A stretch of 63,435 nucleotides of DNA, counting the filler, from Octopus bimaculoides (lineage: Eukaryota): the NCBI RefSeq assembly GCF_001194135.2. It is 6 parts of 6 records of this genome, joined end to end, with 100 filler letters (N's around TTAATTAATTAA, not from the genome) between each part and the next. Parts side by side here need not be neighbours in the genome. Positions count along the whole stretch, not along the records: positions 10,724 to 34,840 come from NC_068988.1; 5 more parts are not named here. The stretch is one strand, 5' to 3'. The translations under genes were made by a program, and so were the position numbers. Positions 13,110-26,513 of this stretch are shown one piece after another. Below the pieces are notes generated by a model, which had not been told where the DNA came from, made no database searches, and saw nothing but the letters and a program-made list of their open reading frames with translations. How positions within the stretch are numbered: position 1 is the stretch's first letter; the number at the start of each line of letters is the position of its first letter.

Positions 13110-13310
13110 GACTTCGCTAGACATAACGACCAAATCTTCCTCAAATTACCCACAACTCCCGTTTATAAAAATAAATGTATTCCCTCCACCCCACCCCTGT
13201 TATAAATGTAGTCTGCGGTATGGTATTCGAAGAATGGTAAGGATAATACAAGACAGGATGGTCACGGCTAGAACCTCTTTGATCGTTATTAGGTTTGTTC
13301 CATCATTTAA
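13110..13310 (+). mobile_element. Dispersed SINE-like family E (old copy)
   Basis: gctagacataacgaccaaatcttcctcaaatta...gacaggatggtcacggctagaa matches the gctagaaata.cagcc...tccctcaaatcacac motif at 17305, 26680, 29500 and 59420. Confidence 0.6.
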
Positions 13311-13958
13311 GTTTTATTTACTTGGTCTTAAATAACTACTACAACTACTACTACTACTGCTGCTACTACTACTATTACTGCTACTACTACTACTATGGCG
13401 ACGTCGACGACTACTACTACTTCTACTACGAATACTACTAAGACTACTACTGCTACGACTACTACTATTACTACTACTACTACTACTATTACTACTACTA
13501 CTTCTATTGCTACTACAACTACTACTACTATCATAACAAACACTAGTATCACCATTTGGTACTACCACCAGTACCACAACAACCATCACCACTGCTATTC
13601 ACTGCAACTACTACAACTTCTACTACTACCACTTCTACTACTACCATAACTACAACTACTACTACTACCATTTTTACTACTACAACTACTGCTACCATTT
13701 CTACTACTATCATTAATACTATCACTACCACAACTTCTACTACTAATATTACTACCATTACTACTACTACCACTACTACCACTACTACCACTACCACTAC
13801 TGCTAAAACCACGATGTCAACGAGAACGTTGAGATGTAAACAAAGAAGAATGCAAGACAAAAAAGCAAACAAACAAACAAACAAAATGACAACAACGTAA
13901 ACACTGAAACATGTCCGACTACTGCAGCAGTGTCAACATTTACACACGACATCTTCGA

Positions 13959-13995
<37 letters not shown>

Positions 13996-14279
13996 GTCGT
14001 CGTCGTCGTCGCTATTACCATCATCATCATCATCATCATCATCACTATTACTATCATCATCATCATTATCATCACTATTACTATCATCATCATCATAGTA
14101 GCCGAACATCCAGTAGTAAACTAGACCTTGAAATAGTGACTGAGAGCATCACCATCACCATCACCATCATCATCAACAACAGCAGTAGCTGCTGCAGCAG
14201 TTGTAGTAATAGTAGTAGTCACAGTGGTGGCAGTGTCGCTAATGACAACTACCCCGGAGGTGCCTCTATGTGGTCATTT

Positions 14280-14590
14280 GAATCGCTAAAAATGGCGGCA
14301 GCAGACAATTTCCTTCAAATCACACCCAATCATCCGTTTGATAGAAAGAGAGAGAGAGAGAGAGGGATAAGGGGTTAAGGAAGAGAGAGGGAGAGAGAGG
14401 GGTACAGAGAGAAGGTGGGAGGGAGTTAGGAAGGAAAGGCGGAGGAGGAGGAGGAGGAGGAGGGGGGGCACATTCGATGATGGGATCTCAGTTGCCGCCA
14501 AAAATGACTGGAATGCGTGTGTTCGTGGTGGAGCAGGGTTGACCCGGGGCTAAATAACAGCAACAACAAGAACAACAGCAACAACAACAT
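14280..14590 (+). mobile_element. Family E copy split by a (GA)/(GGA) expansion
   Basis: gctaaaaatggcggcagc...ccttcaaatcacacc, then tail cagggttgacccggggctaaataac(aac)n similar to the 29640-29685 tail. Confidence 0.55.
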
Positions 14591-14716
14591 CGTAACCGTA
14601 AATAAAGAAAACGTTACTACGAATTGTATATCGTAGTAAAAATCAAGCTCACCCTGACAACAGCAGCAGCACTACTGGTGGTGGTGGTGGCGGCGGTGGT
14701 TGTGGTGGTGGTTGTG

Positions 14717-14768
<52 letters not shown>

Positions 14769-14816
14769 CAGCAGCACCACCACCACCACCACCACCACCA
14801 GCAGTAGTAATAGTAA

Positions 14817-14849
<33 letters not shown>

Positions 14850-15313
14850 CACCACCACCACCACCACCACCACCAGCAGTAGTAATAGTAATAGTAGTAG
14901 NNNNNNNNNNNNNNNNNNNNNNNNNNNNNNNNNNNNNNNNNNNNNNNNNNNNNNNNNNNNNNNNNNNNNNNNNNNNNNNNNNNNNNNNNNNNNNNNNNNN
15001 NNNNNNNNNNNNNNNNNNNNNNNNNNNNNNNNNNNNNNNNNNNNNNNNNNNNNNNNNNNNNNNNNNNNNNNNNNNNNNNNNNNNNNNNNNNNNNNNNNNN
15101 NNNNNNNNNNNNNNNNNNNNNNNNNNNNNNNNNNNNNNNNNNNNNNNNNNNNNNNNNNNNNNNNNNNNNNNNNNNNNNNNNNNNNNNGTAGTAGTAGTAG
15201 TAGTAGTAGTAACAACAATATCAATAAAAAAACTATATCAACAACAGCATGAATATTACCAACATTATCATTATTGTCATTTAAGCATTATTACTACAAA
15301 CCATCACCATCAC

Positions 15314-15354
<41 letters not shown>

Positions 15355-16641
15355 ATATATCGTTGTCATTGTTACCATTATTGTCATCATCATCATCACC
15401 ATCATAGTCCACCTCCACCTCCACCTCCTCGTCATCATCATCATCATCGTCATAATCATCATCGTAATCATCGTCATCATTGGCACCACACCGCCACTAC
15501 CACCACCACCACCGTCACCACCAACAATAGCAACCACAACAGCAACAACAACATCGTCGCCTTAACCACAACCCCCACCACCACCACCACCACCATCATC
15601 ATCATCATCGCCATCACCTCCACCTCAGTCACGACATCATCACGATCAGCAACATCAATAAACGGTTAACAAGCTTCAGGCTTAACAACAACAACAACAA
15701 CAACAACCACACCAGCAACAATAGCAGCAGCGCATACAACACCATAGCAACAACAACAGCAGCAGCAGCCGTAGCAGCAGCAGACACAATAACAATAACA
15801 ATAACAATAACAACACTACTAACAGAATCATCACCACTAGGTATTCCACCACCGCCACCACCACGACTTGCTACCAGCACCACCACCACCACCGCAGCCA
15901 ACATCATTATTATTAACGAGACTGCCCCACCACCACTACCACCACCACCACCACTACCACCACCACCACAGCCGCCGCCGCCATCATTACCATCATTAAC
16001 GGCACCGCCGCCACCATCATCATTATTAAAGGCACTGCCGCCACCTCCACNNNNNNNNNNNNNNNNNNNNNNNNNNNNNNNNNNNNNNNNNNNNNNNNNN
16101 NNNNNNNNNNNNNNNNNNNNNNNNNNNNNNNNNNNNNNNNNNNNNNNNNNNNNNNNNNNNNNNNNNNNNNNNNNNNNNNNNNNNNNNNNNNNNNNNNNNN
16201 NNNNNNNNNNNNNNNNNNNNNNNNNNNNNNNNNNNNNNNNNNNNNNNNNNNNNNNNNNNNNNNNNNNNNNNNNNNNNNNNNNNNNNNNNNNNNNNNNNNN
16301 NNNNNNNNNNNNNNNNNNNNNNNNNNNNNNNNNNNNNNNNNNNNNNNNNNNNNNNNNNNNNNNNNNNNNNNNNNNNNNNNNNNNNNNNNNNNNNNNNNNN
16401 NNNNNNNNNNNNNNNNNNNNNNNNNNNNNNNNNNNNNNNNNNNNNNNNNNNNNNNNNNNNNNNNNNNNNNNNNNNNNNNNNNNNNNNNNNNNNNNNNNNN
16501 NNNNNNNNNNNNNNNNNNNNNNNNNNNNNNNNNNNNNNNNNNNNNNNNNNNNNNNNNNNNNNNNNNNNNNNNNNNNNNNNNNNNNATATATATATATATA
16601 TATACACACAGTAGCAGCATTCTGAGAAGTGCACCATTTTG

Positions 16642-16696
<55 letters not shown>

Positions 16697-17085
16697 TATC
16701 TATACACACACATTTGGTTTTCTGTCTTTCTGTCAACCTCTTCTTCTTGTTCTTATAACTGTTACAGAAATCAGCATAAACATAAACATACATACATATA
16801 CACACATGCGTATACGTATACACAGGCGCATGCATATATATATATGTAAATATATACATACATACACACGCACACGCGTATACCCATTTGTACACACCCA
16901 CAAATCCGCATACACAGACTTATATATAAACATACCCACCCACATATAGATACATACCTCTATCTCTCCCTCTCTCTTTCTCTCTCTCAATATATATATA
17001 TATGTGTGTGTATATATATATATATATATATCTTCGTGTGTGAGGCAACATACCTTACTTTGAACGTCCACACCTTCTAACTATA

Positions 17086-17150
<65 letters not shown>

Positions 17151-17269
17151 GCAACATCCGATTATACATTCACAAACGCACCCTCTACACTCACGTATAC
17201 ACACACCCTTCAGAAAAGATTATATATACACACACACACATATATATATACACATATATACATGAACAC

Positions 17270-17410
17270 AAGAGTTATAGAAGGAAGCTCTAGCTGTTAT
17301 TTCTTTCTAGAAATAACAGCTAAATCTCCCTCAAATTAACTCATGCATTCTTCATAAATAAAGACACACAAAGTGAAAGAAAAAATGTTTCCAATGTGGA
17401 CCCTGTTATA
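17270..17410 (+). mobile_element. Family E fragment
   Basis: ctagaaataacagctaaatctccctcaaatta shared with 59420-59460. Confidence 0.6.
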
Positions 17411-17704
17411 GGAAACGTCGAGAGGGTCACTAATGGAACGCGTTTGATCATATCTCTTGTTTGTCAACAGAACTGCTACACACGTAAACACTACACTCTG
17501 CGTGACACACATTCACAAACACACTGTCGTTTATATGTACGCATGTATGTATATATCTATATACACCCACCCAATCAGAACCAGCCAACCGCTCTCCAAC
17601 TTAAACCAAAGTCGCTTGTGTTGTTGTTAACCGCGAGTAAAACCATGCTGGAACGGTCACTGCGTGATAATTAACGCTGCCTGTACAAACACAAATATAC
17701 ACGA

Positions 17705-17793
<89 letters not shown>

Positions 17794-18435
17794 TAACTAC
17801 ATACATACATTCATATATACTTACATATATATATACAGGCATATACTCTTACGACTTTATATACATACTTTTGAAGTTGAATGAAAATATAGACTTAAGC
17901 AGCGTCGAGTCTTGTACATAGAACTTGTCATATATTTACATCTCTCTCTCTCACTCTCTTTCTCTCTCGTTATACATTTATACATATATACATACCTTCA
18001 CGTCAATATATATTTATATACATACATACTTGTGAAGTTATTGAATGATTCTTTTTGAATTTACTCTGAAACATTGAGTATCGTGTATAAAAAAAAAACA
18101 CTTGTCAAATATATATATACATACACCTATTATTTATAATATATATATACACACATATATATACACGCACACTGTATAAACACGTCTCCACATATCTCTA
18201 AAGTTAACTCTTCCTCCCCCAAAAATATATATATATATACATATATACACACCACACACATATATACACACACACACGTGTATACACAGATACAGTCTAT
18301 ATATTATATATATATGTATTTACATATATATATATATATCCACATGGAATAACTACCGAACTATAAACATGGATGTTTTACTAAACCGGATCTTTTTTCT
18401 CCTCTTTTTCATTTCACCGTCGTTGGCTGCCACAG

Positions 18436-18448
18436 ACGCTGACAAAAG
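18436..18448 (+). other. Candidate 13-nt microexon (or 3' end of a first exon)
   Basis: Long pyrimidine tract, then ggcTGCcacag|ACGCTGACAAAAG|gtaagt with a consensus donor. Confidence 0.35.
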
Positions 18449-18583
18449 GTAAGTGATGACAAATGTATTTCTTTAATTAATTAACGAATTAATCATTTAC
18501 TTTGGTAATTAGCAATAATTGTTGTTGTTGTTGTTTATTGATTGTTTATTCTTTTGTTTATTTTCTTCGTTTTCTTTCTTCAG

Positions 18584-18652
18584 TTACTGAGCGCGACTCG
18601 CTTGTCTCTGCTTGGAGCAGAAGACAAACTGGCGTGACAATATATACGCAAT
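18584..18652 (+). other. Candidate 69-nt exon after a 135-nt GT-AG intron
   Basis: Strong acceptor ttttcttcgttttctttcttcag at 18583; possible donor T|gtatgg at 18653; one open frame TLTK-VTERDSLVSAWSRRQTGVTIYTQ. Confidence 0.3.
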
Positions 18653-18662
18653 GTATGGTCTA

Positions 18663-18728
<66 letters not shown>

Positions 18729-18951
18729 NNNNNNNNNNNNNNNNNNNNNNNNNNNNNNNNNNNNNNNNNNNNNNNNNNNNNNNNNNNNNNNNNNNNNNNN
18801 NNNNNNNNNNNNNNNNNNNNNNNNNNNNNNNNNNNNNNNNNNNNNNNNNNNNNNNNNNNNNNNNNNNNNNNNNNNNNNNNNNNNNNNNNNNNNNNNNNNN
18901 NNNNNNNNNNNNNNNNNNNNNNNNNNNNNNNNNNNNNNNNNNNNNNNNNNN

Positions 18952-19023
<72 letters not shown>

Positions 19024-20177
19024 ATATATATATATACATATATACATATGTATATATATGTAGATAGATACATGCATACGTACATTTTTGTTTATATATG
19101 TGTGTACAGATATATGCATGTGTATGTATGTATGTGTGTATGTATGTAAGTATGTATGCATGTATGTATGTGTGTATGTATCTATATATGTATGTGTAAA
19201 TGTAAATTATATGTAATTACAGCTCGTTTAACTCATGCCTTCCAAAATATAGCCATGCTTGTGCATATCTCTGTGTAAGTATGTACATATAAGTATGTAT
19301 ATGTGTGCGTATATATATATATATATATATATATNNNNNNNNNNNNNNNNNNNNNNNNNNNNNNNNNNNNNNNNNNNNNNNNNNNNNNNNNNNNNNNNNN
19401 NNNNNNNNNNNNNNNNNNNNNNNNNNNNNNNNNNNNNNNNNNNNNNNNNNNNNNNNNNNNNNNNNNNNNNNNNNNNNNNNNNNNNNNNNNNNNNNNNNNN
19501 NNNNNNNNNNNNNNNNNNNNNNNNNNNNNNNNNNNNNNNNNNNNNNNNNNNNNNNNNNNNNNNNNNNNNNNNNNNNNNNNNNNNNNNNNNNNNNNNNNNN
19601 NNNNNNNNNNNNNNNNNNNNNNNNNNNNNNNNNNNNNNNNNNNNNNNNNNNNNNNNNNNNNNNNNNNNNNNNNNNNNNNNNNNNNNNNNNNNNNNNNNNN
19701 NNNNNNNNNNNNNNNNNNNNNNNNNNNNNNNNNNNNNNNNNNNNNNNNNNNNNNNNNNNNNNNNNNNNNNNNNNNNNNNNNNNNNNNNNNNNNNNNNNNN
19801 NNNNNNNNNNNNNNNNNNNNNNNNNNNNNNNNNNNNNNNNNNNNNNNNNNNNNNNNNNNNNNNNNNNNNNNNNNNNNNNNNNNNNNNNNNNNNNNNNNNN
19901 NNNNNNNNNNNNNNNNNNNNNNNNNNNNNNNNNNNNNNNNNNNNNNNNNNNNNNNNNNNNNNNNNNNNNNNNNNNNNNNNNNNNNNNNNNNNNNNNNNNN
20001 NNNNNNNNNNNNNNNNNNNNNNNNNNNNNNNNNNNNNNNNNNNNNNNNNNNNNNNNNNNNNNNNNNNNNNNNNNNNNNNNNNNNNNNNNNNNNNNNNNNN
20101 NNNNNNNNNNNNNNNNNNNNNNNNNGGTTTATATATTAACTATGTGTGTGCCTGTGTGTGTATGTATATATATGTAC

Positions 20178-20217
<40 letters not shown>

Positions 20218-20233
20218 ACACACACACACACAC

Positions 20234-20305
<72 letters not shown>

Positions 20306-20792
20306 CGGTGTTGGGTGTTTAGTTACGTCCCTTGTAAGTAGAGAAATTGAAATCTGTTAAGAGTACACTCAGCCTTTCATTTCCCCTGGGAGCTGATCGA
20401 TAGATTAAGTACCAGTCACACAGCAGGGTCTCTGATATAATCCCTCTTAATCTCCAACCCGCTTTCACTACAACCAAAATGGGAGGCACTCTGCCATTCT
20501 GCTTGGAATCATAGCTATCCTAACTGCTACCCTCATGAAATATATATCATATGTATTACATATATATATTGCATACATTATATACATATATATATATATA
20601 ATTTTAGAAAACGTGTAGTAAATAAATAAACGAACATATACTAAATGCACAGACGGACAGAAAACATAGAAGATCACCAATTCTTCTTCATCGGTTATTG
20701 GCCATAGGGTCAAACGCAATTTCATCCATTATCGATAATTTTTTCACCCATATAATATGTATGCATGTATGTATGCAAGTATATATATGTAT

Positions 20793-20824
<32 letters not shown>

Positions 20825-20852
20825 CATGTATGTATGTATGCATGTATGTATG

Positions 20853-20887
<35 letters not shown>

Positions 20888-20975
20888 GGGTCGACATTAA
20901 ATTTATCAAGCTGAGCATGCATATACGTGTATATGCATGTAAGTATATATATATACATGTGTGTATGTATGTATG

Positions 20976-21008
<33 letters not shown>

Positions 21009-21142
21009 GTATGTTTGTATGTATGTATGTATATCTATATATATATATANNNNNNNNNNNNNNNNNNNNNNNNNNNNNNNNNNNNNNNNNNNNNNNNNNN
21101 NNNNNNNNNNNNNNNNNNNNNNNNNNNNNNNNNNNNNNNNNN

Positions 21143-21182
<40 letters not shown>

Positions 21183-21593
21183 AGAACTATGTTCAGATAA
21201 TTTCGCAACAGCAACTTAACTGACAGTATAGCCATTTGATCAGCTTGTATGCACATATACAGAGAAAATACATACATGCACACACACACACACAGAGGCA
21301 TGTATATAATATGTATACATATTCATATCGATTGGAATTCTTTGAGAGTTGTGCAAGATAGATAAATATCGATTATCATTTATTGGCGCTAAACCAATTT
21401 CCTACATACAAGCAGAATTGATTAAGTCAGCACATTGAATAATTCTTGCATGGGAACTGGTGGCATTCATGCCTCTCCCAATGACAGAAACAATACAAAC
21501 GAAAATGAAATTTGTTTCAAACCTCAGTGGATATATAGTGGGGTTATTTTGAATATTATTCTTTTCACTACAAGTTTACAATGTCTTCCCCTC

Positions 21594-21624
<31 letters not shown>

Positions 21625-21625
21625 G

Positions 21626-21676
<51 letters not shown>

Positions 21677-21886
21677 TCTCTCTCTTTCTATTATCCACCG
21701 ACCGGCTCGAGAATTCATCACACGACCCTGTGATTGTAGACCCAGCACAAGAACTCCAAAGACATGTATCTTTTCCGGGTGTATATGTGTGGTTGTTTGT
21801 GTGTATGTGTGTGTATATGTGCATTCGTTGGAGTTGAAAGTTTGTACTTATATGATATGTGTGTGTGTGTGTGTGTGTATGTGTGT

Positions 21887-21936
<50 letters not shown>

Positions 21937-22074
21937 NNNNNNNNNNTGTATATGCACACATACATACATACATACATACATACAAACACATATATACACA
22001 CATATATATGCATATACGTATGTATGTTTATGTATTGCATACGTATAGACAGACAGACAGACAGACATACAGAC

Positions 22075-22140
<66 letters not shown>

Positions 22141-22483
22141 CGCATTTCACCAATGCGTGCTTATTTGATTATACACATAAACGCGCATACATGCGCAAAT
22201 ATGCACACGACTTAATAGCTATAGACATATATACATATATACATACATACATACGTGATTGATCAATTAGTCAATTAATCGATCAATTAGTCCGTTTTAA
22301 TCTATGCTTGTTATATTTTAGTGTAAATTTGTGCATGTATATGAATGTTTATGTCTGTGTGTGTATGTATGTGATGTGTACGGTGTGTGCGTGTGCGTAT
22401 CTTCAACCGCATGTTTTGTCAACATTAGAGAACGGCATACGCGTGTCGCGTCTGCGCGCAGTCACGTGTGTGCGTTTACTCGC

Positions 22484-22532
<49 letters not shown>

Positions 22533-22934
22533 TGTGTGATCGAATGAATAGATTCAGCGGTTGTCGCTTGATGTATGTCTGCGTGCGCTTGCACGCGTGC
22601 GTATATCTTTGTGTCGGTCATTGGACTGCGGCCATGCTGGAGCACCACCTCGAACGGTTTTGATCGAACAAATCCACCCCAGTACTTTATAGGCGCGTTC
22701 CTATTATTCTAGTGGTGCATATTCAGCTCCATATTGATCCTGATTGGCCTTTTTATTTTTTTTTTTTTTTGCGAATAGAGTACATCAGTAATTATTAACT
22801 ATCATATAAGGTTTTTGAGAATGATTAGATGTGGCTATTATTTCTAACCGGTTGTGAGACCACATTGAGTCTCCCTTCTATAGTTCGAAAAGATAACGTT
22901 TCATATATTTCTGTCTTAAATTGCTTATACAAAT

Positions 22935-23255
22935 ATTCTGTCAGACATTCCATCAAACATTACATCAGACTTTTCACATACTTATTCAAGTACTCTTTCA
23001 GACATCCCATCACATGTTAAACTAGAGATTCTTTCAGACATTTCATCAAACATGCCATCAGACATGACACTCTATGAAACATTAAATCAAACAAGAAAAT
23101 CTTATCAGACATTCCGTCAGACATTTCATCAAACATTCTATCAGACATTCCATCAGACATTTCATTAAACAATTAGTCAGCTGCACTGGATATTCCATTC
23201 TGGCATTACACTACGTCTACGACAAGACATTATCAAACATTCCATCAGGCATTTG
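22935..23255. repeat. Degenerate tandem repeat built on (tcagacattccat/caaacatt) units
   Basis: More than 10 recurrences of cagacatt/caaacat with 12-13-bp sub-period. Confidence 0.75.
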
Positions 23256-23850
23256 ATATTCTAGTTTAATCGATTTCCTATGCATAGGTGATCGAAATTA
23301 TTCGTATACGAAATTCTTCAAACCAGTTGAGCTGTATGGCACTACGCCTTAGTGAGCACCACGTGCTCACGTATGTTGTTGTTTGCCCAGGTCATTTAGA
23401 TCCAGAAAGCCTACGACCAAGGCGTTCTAATCATGACCCTCTCTCCACATTTTCAGGTACAATGTATTCAGTAGTTATATCATGAAATGGTTACTTTTAT
23501 TAAAGACAGTAATGCTATCACTTGAAGGAAACTCGGCTGCTGTTTTTTGCAAGTCGAGTGGCATCGTACAGTCCCCTTCATGAGTTTATGTAGTTCTGCG
23601 TTGTATGTGTTTATGTGTGGAGAGAGAGAAAGAAAGAGAGAGACAGAGACAGAGAGAGAAAGGGATAGAGAATGAGTGAGCGAGTGAGTGAGGAAGGGAG
23701 TACGCGAATGGTGTATGTTTGTGATGTCAGTCTATAGTTCATGTGTATATGCATTGTATGCAGTTAATGTACGTGTATGAGTATATGCGTGTGTGAGTCG
23801 GTGGTAAAAAAAAAAACTCTAGGGAGAGGTGAACAGCAGGAAGGTCTTCA

Positions 23851-24080
23851 AAGTGATTTGGCTCTTAACTCCTTACATTCTAAGGATACCGATCCACATC
23901 TAGGTCTTGACTCTTGGATGCCCCTCTGCTTTCCCATTCCGTGCTATTGTTTGCATTGCAAACTGCACCTCCCAGAGACACAAGGTGCCTAGGTGCCTTT
24001 GATGTGGTAACCATTCTGGTCTAAGACACCAACTGAACGTAGGGTAAATTATATCTCATAAAGCTCACTTTTATTCCACC
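23851..24080 (-). mobile_element. HERO-like non-LTR element 3' UTR, copy 1
   Basis: Aligns with 24196-24435 and, in reverse complement, with 56427-56640. Confidence 0.6.
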
Positions 24081-24195
24081 TTCGTCATATCCTATAACAT
24101 AGCCGTCAACACGTTCTAGCGAATAAAAACCAAAATTTTAGGGAGAGTCGAACAACAAAAGATATTCATAAAAGAATACCCCTCACCTCTAATAC

Positions 24196-24470
24196 AAGTG
24201 ATTTGGCCCTTAATTTCTTACACTTTAAGGGGGGGGGGGCTAGACCACATCCAGGTCATGACTTTTGGATACTTTTCTACTGTCACATTCTGTACTACTG
24301 TCTGCATTGTAACCTACTTAAATGGTTAAAGTACGCCATAGCCTAGGGACCCTGAATCTTGTAACCATTTCAGACCAAGACGCCAGTTGACTGTAGGGTA
24401 AATCATAGCTTTTGAAATTCCCTTCCATTCCTCCTAGACCAGATCCAGTTGGAATACATCCACACAAGGA
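24196..24470 (-). mobile_element. HERO-like element ORF end plus 3' UTR, copy 2
   Basis: Minus strand reads SNWIWSRRNG, then the same UTR as 56427-56640. Confidence 0.65.
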
Positions 24471-25848
24471 TTCATTTTATCACAATTTATATCGAAATAT
24501 CAAATACACATGTACAATGTACGTATCCATTGATGTCTTGCGGTCTCTAGCACGATATCGCTGACATGCTGCTGCGTAGATTTAGTTTAATGTATTCCAA
24601 TACTATCCTAAGATTAATCTTGGAAACAGTACGATGTGCCACGCATTGGTGGCCGATTCTGGAACCACGTGGTCGCCAAATTCATATGTATCTAACCAAA
24701 CCACAGTGTTTGGTGGTGTCTATGCGCTGAAATATAAACACACATACCTATGCATATATATATGTAGGCATGTATAAATACGCGTATGAGTGGGGGGGGG
24801 GAGTGGACAAACGAAAGCGAGGGGCACGCAACATATTGAGCAAGGTTTACATTATTATCTAAAATACTGAATCAAGCTTTTAAATAATGAAATAGCAGCA
24901 GTAATAATTATTTCTACTCCAGGCACAGGGCNNNNNNNNNNNNNNNNNNNNNNNNNNNNNNNNNNNNNNNNNNNNNNNNNNNNNNNNNNNNNNNNNNNNN
25001 NNNNNNNNNNNNNNNNNNNNNNNNNNNNNNNNNNNNNNNNNNNNNNNNNNNNNNNNNNNNNNNNNNNNNNNNNNNNNNNNNNNNNNNNNNNNNNNNNNNN
25101 NNNNNNNNNNNNNNNNNNNNNNNNNNNNNNNNNNNNNNNNNNNNNNNNNNNNNNNNNNNNNNNNNNNNNNNNNNNNNNNNNNNNNNNNNNNNNNNNNNNN
25201 NNNNNNNNNNNNNNNNNNNNNNNNNNNNNNNNNNNNNNNNNNNNNNNNNNNNNNNNNNNNNNNNNNNNNNNNNNNNNNNNNNNNNNNNNNNNNNNNNNNN
25301 NNNNNNNNNNNNNNNNNNNNNNNNNNNNNNNNNNNNNNNNNNNNNNNNNNNNNNNNNNNNNNNNNNNNNNNNNNNNNNNNNNNNNNNNNNNNNNNNNNNN
25401 NNNNNNNNNNNNNNNNNNNNNNNNNNNNNNNNNNNNNNNNNNNNNNNNNNNNNNNNNNNNNNNNNNNNNNNNNNNNNNNNNNNNNNNNNNNNNNNNNNNN
25501 NNNNNNNNNNNNNNNNNNNNNNNNNNNNNNNNNNNNNNNNNNNNNNNNTATATATATCCCATTACATGCATAGTTTCCTCGCACAAACACACACGGTTTA
25601 TATTTATGAGAATCTCCCTTTTAATTGCCCCACAATACATTACGTGTTTCATATTCGTGAAAGTAAAATACATGGGAACCATTTAATCGCCCCACCCTTC
25701 TCCTTGCATTCTATTCTCTCTCTCTTTTCTCCCCCCCTCTCTCTCTCCCTCTATTTATCTATCTATTTATCTATCTCTGTCTCTAAATGTCTATCATTCT
25801 TTGCTCAAACACATACATAAATTCTGTTTTCCCTTTTTCCACATTATA

Positions 25849-25975
25849 CAGGGTGTCCACAAAGTCTGGGTACATGGGGATTAACACATACTTTAAGAAA
25901 TTATTGTTTCTTATATTTAAATGTTTATGTTATGATTTTATTTACTCCGTGTACCCAGACTTTGTGGACACCCTG
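25849..25975. mobile_element. 127-bp Tc1/mariner-type MITE
   Basis: Perfect 26-bp TIRs cagggtgtccacaaagtctgggtaca; TA target duplication on both sides. Confidence 0.92.
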
Positions 25976-26029
25976 TACATCGGCATCGCATGTTGACTGC
26001 CGCCTCATATACGTATATAAAAATATATA

Positions 26030-26401
26030 GGCGCAGGCATGGCTGTGTGGTAAGAAGAAGCTTGCCTCTCAGCCACATAGTTCCGGGTTCAGTTCCACTG
26101 CGTGGCACCTTGAGTAAGTGTCTGCTACTATAGCCTCGGGCCGAATAAAGCCTTCTGAGTCGATTTGGTAGACGGAAACTGAAAGAAGCCTGTCATATAT
26201 ACGTATATATGTGGGAGGTGGTGGTGTATTTGTGTGTCGATGTTTGTCCCCCTGCCATCACTTCACAACCGATGCTGGTGTGTTTACGTCCCCGTAAATT
26301 AGCGGTTCGGCAATGAAGACCAATAGAATAAGTCCTGGGATCGATATGTTCGACTAAAGGCGGTGCTCTAGCATGGCCGCAGTCAAATGACTGAAACAAG
26401 T
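26030..26401 (+). mobile_element. SINE family A, full length
   Basis: Head ggcgcaggcatggctgtgtggtaag (A box)...ggttcagttcc (B box), central low-complexity spacer, tail gcagtcaaatgactgaaacaag. Confidence 0.9.
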
Positions 26402-26513
26402 TAAAGTTAAACGTAGGTGTTATTCGAATTCTTTTATTTCCGACACATGTTTCGAAGATGCCATTGGTATTATTCCAAAGGAATAAAATGGTGTAAAACA
26501 ATGTAATCTTCTC

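Larger units (their letters stand above)
11750..16050. repeat. 4.3-kb compound trinucleotide block (CTT, CAC, CAT, CGT, CTA, CAG, AAC)
   Basis: Direct inspection; source of the poly-H/T/S/V/L pseudo-ORFs. Confidence 0.95.

Noticed and set aside
14286-14300. YY1-like motif AAAATGGCGGC
   Set aside because: Falls within a diverged family E repeat (gctagaaatagcagcc), so likely a chance mutation product
11851-16049. Long His/Thr/Ser/Val/Leu-rich ORFs
   Set aside because: Translations of trinucleotide repeats, open on both strands and several frames, with no domain
19259-20360. The longest ORFs in the track (here and at 37.8, 44.2 and 58.5 kb)
   Set aside because: Composed of N-gap X runs and dinucleotide repeats
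26030-26110. tRNA genes at SINE heads
   Set aside because: A/B boxes are present but there is no complete cloverleaf, and each continues into SINE body
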